A stretch of 64,000 nt of DNA from Takakia lepidozioides (Eukaryota > Plantae > Bryophyta): assembly GCA_030704615.1 (NCBI GenBank), contig CM060734.1, forward strand, positions 57,660,001-57,724,000, in the 5' to 3' direction. This document shows, piece after piece, positions 11,788 to 24,754 of the stretch (position 1 is the stretch's first letter; every line of letters begins with the position of its first letter). Under the pieces are notes generated by a model, which was not told the origin of the DNA, made no database searches, and worked only from the letters and a program-made list of their open reading frames with translations. The position numbers were made by a program, and so were the translations under genes.

Positions 11788-11847
11788 TTTGCTGCAGAGC
11801 CTCACAATGTAAAGCTTGGATTATCTTTGGATGGAGTGAACCCCTTT
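11788..11847 (+). mobile_element. Relic of a CACTA (En/Spm) Tnp2-type transposase
   Basis: Translates FAAEPHNVKLGLSLDGVNPF, matching the FxxEPRNxRLGLxxDGxNPF motif. Confidence 0.75.
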
Positions 11848-12984
11848 TATATAAGAACAATTAACTTAATGACTTGTTGATGCACAGTTATGGATATTTT
11901 CATCCACTAATCTACTCATTTGAGATGCATTATCCATTTAGTAGGCCACCATGTGGGCAGGGAGAGAGAGAATGTGCTCATGTAGTCTCTGTTCCGCCCA
12001 AACTGGCTATGGGGTCTATGGCCACAATGCTATAGCAAACGTCTTATGCGTGGAACACAGAGAGAGAAAGAAAGAAAACAAAGACACCAACCATTCTGCT
12101 CCAAAACAGTGACGCCTGGTGCATAATGTAGGTGATGTCAAGTACAGAATCACAGGTGCAACCAGCCTATATCTGATGTGGCATGCAGAGAAGGGAGCCT
12201 GATACAATTTGTTACAAAATATAAATTGGATTCGGGGCTTCATCTTATATGGCATTTGCCAAGCATTTATCATGCCCACAAACTTTGTGCATTTTCTGCA
12301 ATGTGAAGACATCTACAGATATAAGCAAGTTGCTGGTTGAGGGTCAAGATCACATCTAGTCAATGGGCCTCAGAAATCTAAGAAATCTAAGAAATCCTCA
12401 TAAATCTGGCGACTAAGGTGTACCTCTGAGGAACTGCTATGCCGCTGCAAAGATGCAATTCTGTGACTGACAGAGTGAAGAACCTTAGAATAGATGAGCA
12501 TAACTTATTTAGATCTTCATCAAATGAGACTTGACAAGTGCAACAAGAAGCTTATGTCATAAGCTATTTATCGACCCATTGTTCACAACATTTGGATAAA
12601 GATTGATTCTTGAAATGTCTAAAATCCCTATAGGTAATGTACTTAGCAACCTAACATTCATGAAGATTGACCTTGTGAAAGGTGATATCTCTATCCTTCA
12701 ATTTTTATTCTTTTATTGATTTTTTTTCGAAGAAAAGAGGGCGAAATCCCTGCTGGTCCCTCATGTTCAGCATCCCTAGACTTTGACAAGTCTGTATCAA
12801 TTGGAAACACATAAAGATTGCCACTAAGACTGGGCTACATTACCATAGATAGCCATTCATCGATAGAATAATTATTTTGTCCCTCCTAGCAGAATAGATT
12901 TAGAGAGCTTTATTGAATGTTATTGAAGGGGAAAAAAATGAAAACCCTTACAAGTCCGAAGGCCATGGAAGACCATGTTTTAGA

Positions 12985-13220
12985 ACCCAAGGAGCGATAT
13001 TGCAGGAACAATAAACCATAAGGGAGAACACTTTGGAGGGCAATACTGACCAAGGAGATGATATAGCAGTAACAGTGACGAGCAGAAAATGCAAAGAGAG
13101 CAGTAGCACCCAATAATCCATAACTAGAATGAAGGATTAGCAGAAGCCCCTACAACCCTAATAAGGAGAAGGAACGAGTCTTTTGGGGTGCAGGACTCTT
13201 CTCTTCCTCCTCTTTCTCTT
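12985..13220. repeat. Second copy of the 4420-4641 segment
   Basis: Direct repeat with small indels. Confidence 0.9.
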
Positions 13221-13349
13221 GACCCCTAAACGCTCATGGCCCTATTTTACTTTTTCAAAAAGGAAAAAACCCTTGCAGTGAAAAATGGTGTAACTTCTAC
13301 ATAATTGACTTTTCTATAAAAATTTGATGCACATTATGTGTGTATCTTC

Positions 13350-14096
13350 CAGTGTTGGCAGGGTATAGCACTCTACCCCGGTTAGTGAGTCGGTTACCAC
13401 CCCGGTTAGTAGGTATACATAACTGCATACATGGTATTTTTACAAAACAGAGCAAATAGATAACCGACGGTTGGGAGGTGAGTATGTATATGTACCCTAT
13501 ATTAAGGTTAGCACTACACTCTATACCCGGATTAGTCCGGCGTTTTGACCACCCCGAGAGCGGTTACAATATAGGACACGCCTCCTCACACAACGCAACT
13601 GCATTGATTGCCTGCATGCCTCACTATTGGCAACTTTTGCAAGAGGTGCACTCAGTATGTATAACTTATTGCTATGTTAAATGTTAGCCAACTTCCCTCT
13701 TTGGCTTTCTTCCTTTCTTACTTTAGTCATTTTATTTGTCATTGTGGATAAATCTCTCATGTACTTGGAGCATTCTAGCATTACCTATCTATTACTCATC
13801 TTTATTAAAGGTTCTCATCTTCATTTGGATGTTATGTGGGAATTGATTATTTTTAACAAAAATCATTGAGAAGTGCCCATTCAATATATTATATGTAACC
13901 GCCAATTGTATATATATCCGCCAATTTTAGGACACCTCTAACCGTCATATTCATAACCGTCTAAATTTGAAGCATTTTGTATATACTAAAAATATATATA
14001 TATCCTTATACATAACCATGGAGTGTGTCCATCCCAAAAATATTGAAGTAACCTTAACCGGCGGATATGTAAAATTCTTATAACCGGCCAACACTG
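13350..14096. mobile_element. Non-autonomous hAT-type MITE
   Basis: TIRs CAGTGTTGGCAGGGTATA / TATAACCGGCCAACACTG. Perfect 8-bp TSD GTATCTTC at 13342-13349 and 14097-14104. Subterminal CCGGTTA/TAACCG motifs. Confidence 0.93.
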
Positions 14097-15073
14097 GTAT
14101 CTTCCTCCTGCACCCACCTCCCAATTTCCAGGGCAATCAGCCCCAGATCCAGAAAATGGCACAGTTGAATGTGGGACCATTAACATAATATTTTTTAGCA
14201 ATTTTTTAAGGATTTAAGTGATGAGATCAACTCCAATTGAGGCGAGATTTGGCAAGCTTCATCATCTTGGGATCTCTCATCCAACAAGCCAAAAACCATC
14301 CAATTTGGCAACACATCTAGTGCTGCCACTTGGTCAAACCTGGTCAGATCCTTAATTACAACTCTCTCCCACACGACAATTTTGCTTTAACTAGAAATTA
14401 GAGCAATCAATTGCGCAATCGTGCACCATAGGGGCCACTCCATGGCACTAATTTCATACAATTTGAAGCAGATCTGAAAACGCAATTGATGTTTAAGTGG
14501 GAAGGTGGACACCTTTGTGACACCAATCTGTGTATTGGACCCAGAACCACTTCCGAGGTGGTATGTGCCCATTACCACTAGTTGAAAGCCATAATAGGCA
14601 AATGGAACTCTTTCTTATGTGAAAACCACAACTGCAGACTCAAAGCTCAAAGCTTTACCAGCGCGTAGGGCAAGAGGGGGGCGAGCATCTCTAGGGAACT
14701 GAGGAGGCCCCACAGCCCTAAAGCTACTCCTCATCTGGCCCGTCAGATCATCCTGCGTGGGGCCCGCCATGGCGACAATCTGTGCTGCCCCCTGGGTCCA
14801 CAGGCGAGGACCTTTTTGAGACCCCCCAGCTTTTGGCGAAAACTGCCTTATTTGGACGTCTTTTTCCCTTTGTTTCAATCGCCAAGGGGATTTTTAGGCG
14901 GCCAAATGGCGAAAAATCGCCAATAAAAAAAACGCTGGTGGGGGGTGGGGGCAAGGTGGATTTTTGTTTATATATATATATATGGTAACTCATATGAAAT
15001 CAAGGGAAATAACCTTGGGAGAAATAACCTGGGCCCTTACAAGAAGGTGGGTATCATACCCCGGGGGAAGATT

Positions 15074-15148
15074 TTTTTGTTTTGGATATGAAACCCCAAG
15101 AGGCTATTTTTGTTTTGGATATGAAACCCCAAGAGGCTATTTTTGTTT
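15074..15148. repeat. 33-bp tandem duplication
   Basis: tttttgttttggatatgaaaccccaagaggcta present about 2.2 times. Confidence 0.9.
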
Positions 15149-15431
15149 GTTGCGGTATGGATCAAAGATCCACACGGACAGCCGGGATACATTTGATAAT
15201 ATTTCATGAAGATCAGAGCTGTTGCTCTACATAAATTATCAAAACAGAGGGAAGTCTTGGATGGGGAGGTTTTCCACCACACTTAAGTTATTTGGCTCCC
15301 TTCAGTTTTCTTCCGAGTCTTCTGTTCATTCTTGCCCTTCTGAGCTCCTGCACTTCCTTCTAGAATTCTTCTCTTGCGCGCCTGTTGTTCTCTGGATCTG
15401 AACCTAGACAAAAGGCATGAGTCCTCCAAAC

Positions 15432-16875
15432 AGTCTCCCCTCTGCTCTTCAATGTTTTCATCAATCAACTCCTCGAGGATGTGGAAAGTGAGGGATTTGG
15501 GTTAAGGGTGGGTGATACCACCATACCAGCCCTTATGTTTGCGGATGACTTCGCAGGCATAGGGGAGACTCCAACCAATCTCCAGGAGTTGATTGATTGC
15601 GCGAAGAGATACTTTGATCTTTGGGGGCTAGAGGCTAATGTCAGCAAATGTGCAGTGGTAGCATTCAACGACAGAGGAGAGGGAGGAAGTGATCTTAAGT
15701 GGCAGGGGGGTAGCCAAGAGATCCCGGTCCTCCCTTCCTACACTTACCTGGGCGTTGAGTTCTCCTCCAATTGTAATTGGGATGCACATATCCCGAAAGT
15801 TGTTCAAACTGGCAAGGGCAAAGCTCTGGGGCTCACTAAATTTTTCCACTGCAGAGGGGTCAACTCTGAGGTTAAGAAAACCATGCTTTGTCGCGTTATT
15901 AGACCTGCCTTGGAGTACGGATCTGCTATATGGATTGATAACTCCAACCAGGCTAAGTCTCTAGAATCCATTCAAGTGGGGGTGCTTAAGGAGTGTATGT
16001 CAGCATGCTCCAAAACAGCCAATGTGGCTGTTCGGGGTGAGTTTGGCATTCCGTCCTTAAGCTCCCGACAAGATGAATTCAAGGTCAGATGGTGGGGTTA
16101 GCTGCAACATATGCCCAACACCAGATATCCTAAATTAATCAACTCTATATCTTGGAAACAGGACCGCCCTGTCAAACAGGCTAAGTCCTGGCAGAAGAGA
16201 GTAGAAGAGATCCTCAAGGACCTGGACCTGGATCCGCAAGTCTTGACCCTGCTGGATAAATCTGACTTAGAGGCTGTAGTGTCCTCAGCCATGTCTGTTG
16301 CCATGAGATTGTCTGATGAAAATGAAGTTAGGCAGAAAACTTCCCTGAACTTGTTTCCAGTCTGTGACATGAGGGAGGACATCTTGGATGACCTCAAGGG
16401 TCTACCCCACTCGGCACTAGACTGAAATTTAAAGGCAGGAAGCCTACCTTTGAACAGCAAACAGAAGCAGAGAGGAAAGGGAGAGTGCAATTGCCCGTTG
16501 TGTGGGCAATCTGAAGACAGTATTCATTTTCTGATACACTGTCCGGGGTTCTCTCACCAAAGAGACGCTCTCTTCAAATCTATTAAGGGAATTGTGCCTG
16601 TACCCTTGTTTACCAACTTTGAAAGTCTCGAGGCTGAGCCAAAAGCCCAGGCCCTCCTGAGGCCTAGTTTTTGGGCAAACCACACACAGCAGATTGATGC
16701 TTGTGTGAAGGGATTTCTAGAGGATATCTGGAAAACCCGGATTAATTCTTTATATGGAGGTAAGTCTTACTACCAACATCAGCCCCTGACAGAGGTAGGT
16801 TCTGTCCCTTTTGTTCCCGCTCAAACTGGGCGCGGGGTCAATGGCCACAAGGCTACGGCAAACAACTTCTTATGA
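15432..16875 (+). mobile_element. 5'-truncated non-LTR retrotransposon of a different clade (RTE-X-like): RT C-half plus C-terminal CCHC finger
   Basis: SPLLFNVFINQLL, ALMFADD, YTYLGV, IRPALEYGSAIW, CPLC...EDSIHFLIHC. In-frame stops at ~16099 and ~16423. Confidence 0.85.
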
Positions 16876-18057
16876 GTACAATCTATACATTGGGCAAAGA
16901 GCTGGACATATCATTTGTTGGAGTCACTGGTGGAATGTCTCAAAAGCTTGATAAGGGCAGCAGCACTCTGGTCCTGTTGACTTTGAGAGTAGATCTGCTT
17001 GATTGAATTGCCCTATGTTTGCAACAAGAGGCCATGTTCAGTCTCTATGTTGTAAAGATGCAACCTTTTGGATACTGAGACCAATAAATAACAGCCATTG
17101 CAGAATTCAGACAAGTTTTGGGACCCCAAGATTTGACACAGAACAGAAACCATTGCCCGATTTCACCATTTGACATTTCATGGGACAAATTTGAGAGTGA
17201 AGTACCAACACACACGTAGAGATCTTTTACTGTCACTCACACAGACACTAAATTTGCATCCAGGGAAAAAGGTTGAGGGATGTAAGTAACAAGGCAGTAT
17301 CATGCCTAGCACGGAGAGCTCTGGTAGGAACACCCCCAACTTAAATTATGATTGCGGAGTGACACTGGTCACAGGTAGCACAGGCGCTTTAACCAGGGCA
17401 TCACAGAGTCTCTCCCAGCAGAGAGAGAGGAGCGGGGAAAAGAATGGGCTGTCCTGTATGATCCTTGGTAAGTTTGAGGCCACGAAGTCAAAAGCTTTGC
17501 AACATTTGCTGTATATGCGAGGTTGCCAATTTTATTGAACATCAACAGCACCAAGCATCATATGTTTCAATAAGTCTTTACTCCAGCAGCTGACCTCCAG
17601 CACAGCTTGCATCAGCCTCCGTTCTTTGAAAATAATCAGCAAAGAGGGTAGCCCTGGGGTGGCTGGAGATGCACTAGTTGCAAAGTTGCATCAAAGCCAC
17701 TAGCCTTTGCCCAGAGAGAGGGGGGCTGGTAAGCGAAGCTGGAAAATGCTGAACAAGAGAAAACTTCATCAGCACTAAGACCTCTAGAGAATGGTGGATT
17801 TGACATTGAGGTAACAATGCCTGAACAAATAGATACACTGAACATTCTTGCGAGGGACCAGTTCCATTATGAAGCATTAACCAATCTTACAAAGCCACAG
17901 TAGCACATACCGGGGCATATGGTCACCTTGGTCGAAGAATAATGACCTACAATGTTGCACTTCAGGCTTACGAAAAATTCCAAGGGACATGAGCTGCACA
18001 TGGGGGAACCAGGCACCAGAGAGTCGCAATGAAGGTGCAGCTGACTCATACCACTTA

Positions 18058-20865
18058 CTACCATGGCTTGAGGTCTTCAGGGGGACCTTCGGTCCAATTT
18101 AGCACAGCTTGCCCCGGCTCTAAATAGACGCCACTGTCATGTGGCAGCTTGCGTGCCAAGCCATTCAATATTTGGTGGAAAGCATCCCCTGGTTGTGCAG
18201 GCTGCGGGAATAGCATCGCTTGTTTCATTGCCGGGTTCGCCAACAGCCTTTGCTTTTCAAGGACTTGCTCCGGGGTAATTGAAGACAAGATTTGGTCAAG
18301 ATGCGGGACATCTTTCTCAGCTACAAAAATCCCAATTTTCTCCCAGGGTATAGCATCAGCAAATGGAAGGACAATATCGTCGGCAATAATGACAGGGATA
18401 CACCCAAAAATCACACCTTCAACCAACCGGGGACTCCATGGTGCCCAGCCCAACGGGCAGAGGCAAAAGATTGCACGCTGCATGTCCTCATAATATGTGG
18501 TTGGGTGCTCTGTGGAGATGTCAAACAGTGGGTTGTCCTTGAAATTTTCCCACAGAGCTGCCCTGGCTCCCCTGAAAAGTCCAAAACGTCCAACAATAGT
18601 TAGTAGCCTAAATACTCTGCCTTTCAAGGCATGCCAGCTGCTGCGACTGCTCGTAAAATACTTTTGCAACAACATCCCCATCCAGTCATTCCCCTTTAGG
18701 AGATTTAAAATGTTGTTCGAAGAGGGTAGCCCATGGTGATACTACAAAAGGCACTTGCTAAACACATCCCTGGCACAGCCATTACAGCACACTAGTGCAA
18801 TGCAAACACCAATCATGAGGCTTCGGTAATAACAGACATACCGGGCATAATAACCACCTTTTGGATCATTGCCAACATCGTAGAAAAGGCCACGGAAGTA
18901 TACAAAAATGGAGCGTGGGACACTTGGAGGAATAAACCGGGATTGCATTTTCTGAGGTGGGGCATAAGGAGGAACCACAATGGAGCCCTCCTTGAGACAC
19001 ACATGGTAGCTCTGACCAAATGTTTGCACGAGCGTTGCACGCATCAGCAGTGGTAATATACCCCTCTCAATTGCAGTCTCTTCCTGTGTAGCCACACAGT
19101 TTACAAAGGACTTACAATATGGACTCAAGAAGATCAATTACATATTTGCTCTGCCTTTGGGCTTAGCGAGAAATTAATTTCATGCTTGCAAACCTACCCA
19201 AATCACAAGGTCAAACATCTAGCCTAAGATTATTTTTCACCCCATTCATAGAATCCGAGATATTGACCTTTTTCCAAAGTACCTGATAGTGGAAGCAGGC
19301 ACCAAAGTCATGGGGCACAACGAAGAAGTGGTCTGCACCCTCTGTCCGGTTCCAGTAGGGCCACTGTCTTGAAATATATTGAATGGCACTACGCATCATA
19401 CGGGGGGACTTGAAAGGCAGAGGAAGCCCATTGGGAGTCAAATCACAGGTGGTGTAAACTGGCGTGTAGAACCAGTCAGCCTCTTCAGGGTTCAAAGTGC
19501 GGACTGGACTTGCGAGTAAGAATTCGTGGACAAAAATCTCAGTGGCAAACATGTGGGTGAGGCAGCGAGGGTCCTTCTCCACCCATTTCCTGTTATACCT
19601 CCTGAGATACAAACAACATAAAACCTTCAGTTACAATCAAGGCACTAAGGTGAGGCAGGATCTAGACTGCATCATGAATGCATTGAGGTGAGGCTGAAGA
19701 CTAAAAAATGAAACTGATGTAGAGCTTATCTGTGTAGCTTGACTACATTTTAAGAGAATCAACATTCTGTGGTTTGAACATTAAAATCTGCACCTATGTT
19801 GTGGGATTGCACGGGCAGCATTCATGAACCTCTCATGAAGGTGACCTATTGCTGCACAGGAATACTCATAGACATTGTACAAACAGGATAATCCCAAGAC
19901 AGTTTAATCTCTTGTGGAGCCTCTGATAATGGAAGTATGCAGGTGCTTCTCTGCCCACAACAACGTAGCCAGACAGGCAGAATCACGCCTAATATGTCAA
20001 GACAAAAACACTCCATGCAATGCAAAACGTGGAAAGCTGAGATGATGATTCATTTCATAGGAAACTCAGACGCAATTGTCTGACTAAAAGCTTTGGCCAA
20101 CGTCTTAAAGACTGCCCCTACTTGGGAATTTCATAAACGAAGACTTTGAGGCGGCCTACTGGATCATCCTCCAGCACATCGCCTGCACTCCCTGCACAGA
20201 TATCCAACCATTACAAATCAACAGTTGCTTTAGCACAGGACTTTTGAAAGTAATGGTTCAGATTAAACTTATTCAGTTCAGTCCTTGGGGTATGAGTTTG
20301 AAGGATTTTGTGACGTCAGAAAAAATATGCACAACTCGTTAACAACCTGAGCACTTGACAAGTGAAGCATGTCTACGAGGTGCACAAGGGATATGGTAGC
20401 CCAGACCTTCTTCTTGACTATTATCCTGCACAACCTTGCCCAAATGCAGTATATAATATTGCACAACAGAAGGTCTTTTAGTCCACCACATGCATGGTCC
20501 AGATGGATCTTAGCTACCAAGTACAGCCACTGCGGGATCTAGAGGTTTATTGGTTATGAGAGTTGAGACAGGAGCGAGCCCGACGTTGTTCGCTGGACGG
20601 CGGCCAACCGGCCACAACAATGAATGTAAGAACTTTAGACATAATGACAGCTGGATGCCATGCTGTGAGATTGTCTGACACTGTGACCTACAGAAGAGTC
20701 ATGGACACTACATACTCCTTCAAGCTGAGAGAGCATGCAACAAAATAAAAATTGAAGTTGGAGGAGAGAGATACCAGAGATTCGCTGATGCTGGACTGAG
20801 GCGATGGACGTCTTGCACAATAGCAGTAAAAGAAACCAAATACTCGTCAATCGTACGCCCTGCAT
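18058..20865 (-). CDS. IRX10: GT47/exostosin xylan synthase, IRX10/GUT1-like. Exons 20865-20775, 20191-20122, 19601-19283, 19083-18842, 18571-18058
   Basis: Signal anchor, GSAGDVLEDDPVGRLKVFVYE, DPRCLTHMFA, FCLCPLGWAPWSPRLVE and C-terminal DLKPW. All GT-AG junctions are in phase. Confidence 0.95.
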
Positions 20866-22054
20866 TCCGCTTCTCACATGCCTATAGGCCTTCCCTTTCC
20901 CGCAGACAACCGACCATGACTGATCATCTGATTCCCCAGCCGTTGAGTGAGTGGACCAGAGTGGCCCTGCCATTTCATACGATAACTGCTCCCCTTCCAC
21001 CACATCTTGTTTCTCTCTCTCCCACTACCTGGCTTTTCTCAATCTCCGCGTCGGTTGCATTGTCAGAGCAACAACTAACCAAGGTTGACCATGAGATTTA
21101 TTTTCCTCTCTCAGCGATTGATTCCACTATTCCACTCCTTTCACAAGCACGACCTGTACTGACCTGCTCGACCTGTTCTCTACTCTGTCAATCATGCGTT
21201 CATGTTTTAAACCTCCTGCCCCTCCTTCCGCTCACTGAGTCGTTTTAGTCCATCTTCGCCTCTTTGTCTCCATGCACACTCTGCCTACCTCTTCTCCTCC
21301 GTCTTCCCGCTTCTAAGCTAAGATCCATGGCAGAAACCGCATGTGAGTAATGTTGTAGCGAGATCGTGGAGGTGTGCAGAGCGTGCTGGAGACTGCGGGG
21401 AGTGTGTGCGAGAAGACAGCTACCGGTAGCAGGTAGCCAACCCTATTACCGCCCCTTCCTACCAGAAGGATGAATGTCTCTACGCCATATCTGTCCGTTA
21501 CATCTTGCCTTTCGCTCTTTTTCATCTGTTTGGTGTTTCGTACGTTCATCCTTCAGTTTTTCATTCACTCTAGGGGTTGAGACTATTTTTATAAGAAAAC
21601 TATGGATGAAAGGAATGTTTGTAGGAATCCATTCTCGACGACCTTTCGGAGATGACTAGATGCATCCAATCCCAGCATCGTTTGGATGACTTCCGTTTGG
21701 AGTCTTCGAGGAATGCCAGCCCACCAACTCTCACTTGCTGGCAACGTCATTTTTTTATTTTTTTATTTGGAAAACCCTGGTAAAGTCATTTTATCTTATT
21801 TTATTCACTCTCCTTTCTCTCTTTTTCTTCGTTTTCTGGGCCAAAGGCCTTTATCAATCCCCGATTTCAAAATAGATCTGTTGATCAGTGTATAGGTATA
21901 ATATATGTGTTCCGGTGATCTTTCCTGAGTTCGGAGCGAATATGGATCCGCCATGTGTTGTAGAAGGTTGATGTCCCATTGCTTACAAGCACTTACATGT
22001 GGGGGTGGTACCAGTTGTTTTCTTTTAAAGAAAGGGGATGGAGGCCCTGAAAAA

Positions 22055-23275
22055 TTTTATTGATAAGACAAAATTTGGAAGACAAGCAAGCAAACCCTCA
22101 AGACGGCAGATCAGATCCTTTTGCAAGGCTCAAAGGAGAGATGAACTCTAGATTTAGTTTTCCTGAAGCTTCTCTTGTGGCGAAAGTTGACCTCCTGCTC
22201 CTCCCCATCTATGGGAGAGAACTTAGCGCTGAAGGAGCTCCCAGCTTGTAGGGATGGCGTCGTTCCATGCAACTCGAAGCTCAGCAGTTCTATAGCAGAA
22301 GACGACTCCCTTTGCCCATGAAGCGTCAAAGCTGGCATGTTCCTGCTGCCTCCTTTCTTCGGACCACCTGGGGAAAGCTGCACAAAACACAACCCATGCT
22401 TTCCGACAGACTGTAAGTCTGAGTGAGCTCTATGCAGAATGGCACTAGCACTAGGCAATACATCATCAAACATGGATTTAGACCTAGCTTCCCATATTTG
22501 CCAAAGGTCGGTATGCACACGGAGCGCCGACTAGACAAGGCAGAGAGACCACAGCCTGCCATTATTCAGATTTAAGAGAATTAGAGTGGGGTCTCTGGGG
22601 AGGTTGGGCACCCAAATCCTGTACAGATGTGCAACTCTGTCCCAAATCCGAGAAACAAAAGGGCATGAGCAGAATAGGTGCTCGATCGATTCAATCACTG
22701 TAGCAGAGCAGAATTGGCAGGTCGAGATCGAAGCAGAGGAGAGATGAGTAAGAGAGATGATCCTATTCACCAATCTCCATAAGAACGCGCTCACCTTAGT
22801 TGCCCTTTCCTTTTTCTAGACATCCTTCCACACTGGCTTCCAAACAAAAGGCCCAACAACCAGGTGTCTCCATTTTCTAGTTAACTTGAGATCAAAAGAG
22901 GACTGCGGGACCAACGAAGAATAGCCTATCTTTACCTTATAACCAAAGAATGGATCATGTTTTTTGGTCCGCCACACCCACTCTCATTGGTCAAATTGTA
23001 AGGAGGCAATAGACTTAAGAACCAGCAAAAATGAATCTAAGTAATGACTCACATTAGTTGGGAGGCTCGGGTCTATCTGACCAGAAGCTTGCCAAACACC
23101 CTGATGGCAAACATATTTGCTTCTCTAAGATCGGCCCTACAGGGAGAGTACAAAGTTCCAATGGAGTCTACTCGAAACTTCCAGCCATGCAGGAGCTCAC
23201 CGTGGGCCTATAAAGGGCCAGAAACGCAAAAGCCTGAGGCTCACCCAGATAACCCAGCCAAACAGATAGGGGTTG
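22055..23275 (-). mobile_element. Degenerate LINE 3' fragment related to the 4645-6870 element, cut at its 5' side by the CACTA-like terminus
   Basis: FLWRLVNRII...CQFC..ESIEHLFCSC, LWQIWEARSK. Confidence 0.85.
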
Positions 23276-24413
23276 CACTACAACAAATCCCGGCTTTTAC
23301 GTCTGTTATTTTCCAGTTGTATCAGCCTTTTATGAGTGCATGACTGCCCAGTCAGATAAACCCAGTCAGTTGTGATAAATGAGTCGTAAGCGCCATAGAC
23401 TCGTATCTACCAGTCGTGGAGCTCACTGTTGACGTGGCAACGGGGACGCCTAATCATAGTCATTGATAGGCCATAGTAAATGACTACGAATCCATGTCAG
23501 CTTCACGTGGAACGGAAGGGATATGCCACGTGTCACGTCAAAGGGAAGGCGACAGGATCTTCACGACTGGCATATACGACTTCCGCGGATTAACCCCAGG
23601 ACAGCACATGGAGAATACCATGAACAACACGTGGCATGACAAGGTGACTTCCGCAGATTAACCCCAGGACAACACGTGGATTAGACTGGACATGACACGA
23701 GGCATGACAATATGGAGCGGGAGGGTCTTTCGTGACTGGCATAAATGACTTCGGACGTTTAATCCCAGGTCCACACGTAGAGTCAAATTATGCACGATGG
23801 GGGTGGGGTGGTCGTTATGACTGGAACATATGACTTCCATGGCGCACTCTGGATACTGCACGTGGCACGAGTATGGGCGAACACGAGGGGTGAAAGTGGC
23901 ACGTGGCAGAGGCTCTGTGGATGGGAGATAGTCGTGTACATGACCGTAGCATTGAAACACGAAAGCACATTGAAAGCATACGAAAACACCATTGAAACAT
24001 GAAATCACATTTGAAATTGGAACATCGATTCAAATACAACGTGACTTAATGTTCAGAGCTCCGTTCCATAATCTAATCCTCTGCTACAAAAATGCACAAA
24101 GCTGCAAAGTCTTAGTAGACTGCCAAATGCCTGAGTAGAAGATGCATACACTAGCTTGGCCGGACTTGGTCACCCACCTTCAACTGCCATCCAACCCAAA
24201 AACGGCAGAAGATACATGAGCAAGCTTTCAGGCAATATAGCAACAACAACATTGACATATGTGAAACTAACTAACATCGCTAAGAATGTCTAAGCACCGT
24301 TACACAAACTTGATGTGTGCAAAATGGAAAATTGCAGGTAGAGAACCCTTACCCCATTCTGGCAGTCAAGGACTGGAGGTTTGGGAGTTGTCTTGTGGCA
24401 GGTAGCGCGGTGG

Positions 24414-24754
24414 CTGCAAGCATCGCACTCCACGATATCACATCTCATTCAGCCATAGTGTTGAACACTCCTTTACATCCTCGATGCACCCACATTTGGC
24501 ATACATGTCCACCAGGGCAGTATTCCACAGCTTGTCCTCATCTCTGTTACATGTTTTTGGATACTTTCCTGTTGTCTCATTGGCAGTATCATGTCAAAGT
24601 CACTCCAAACTATCAAAGGTTCACTCAACCAGCTAACTTGCAGAAGTCAACATAAAAATTTAGGGCTGTAAAACAGGGTGAAACGTGTTGAAGAAGGTGC
24701 CTTTATTAGCAGTGCATATCAATTGTGCCGGTGCTGCTGCGGCTTCCAGTTGAC
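24414..24754 (-). pseudogene. Internally deleted fragment of a PDF-PPR paralogue
   Basis: Matches the repeat unit at ~2350-2600, joined directly to an S-type PPR (KLWN|TALVDMYAKCGCIED). Confidence 0.88.

Noticed and set aside
14800-14937. Possible hAT terminus ending AAAAAAAACGCTG
   Set aside because: No partner TIR or TSD found.
23560-23790. Spaced ~30-bp repeats resembling a CRISPR array
   Set aside because: Eukaryotic context, degenerate repeats, related spacers and no cas genes; better explained as transposon subterminal repeats.
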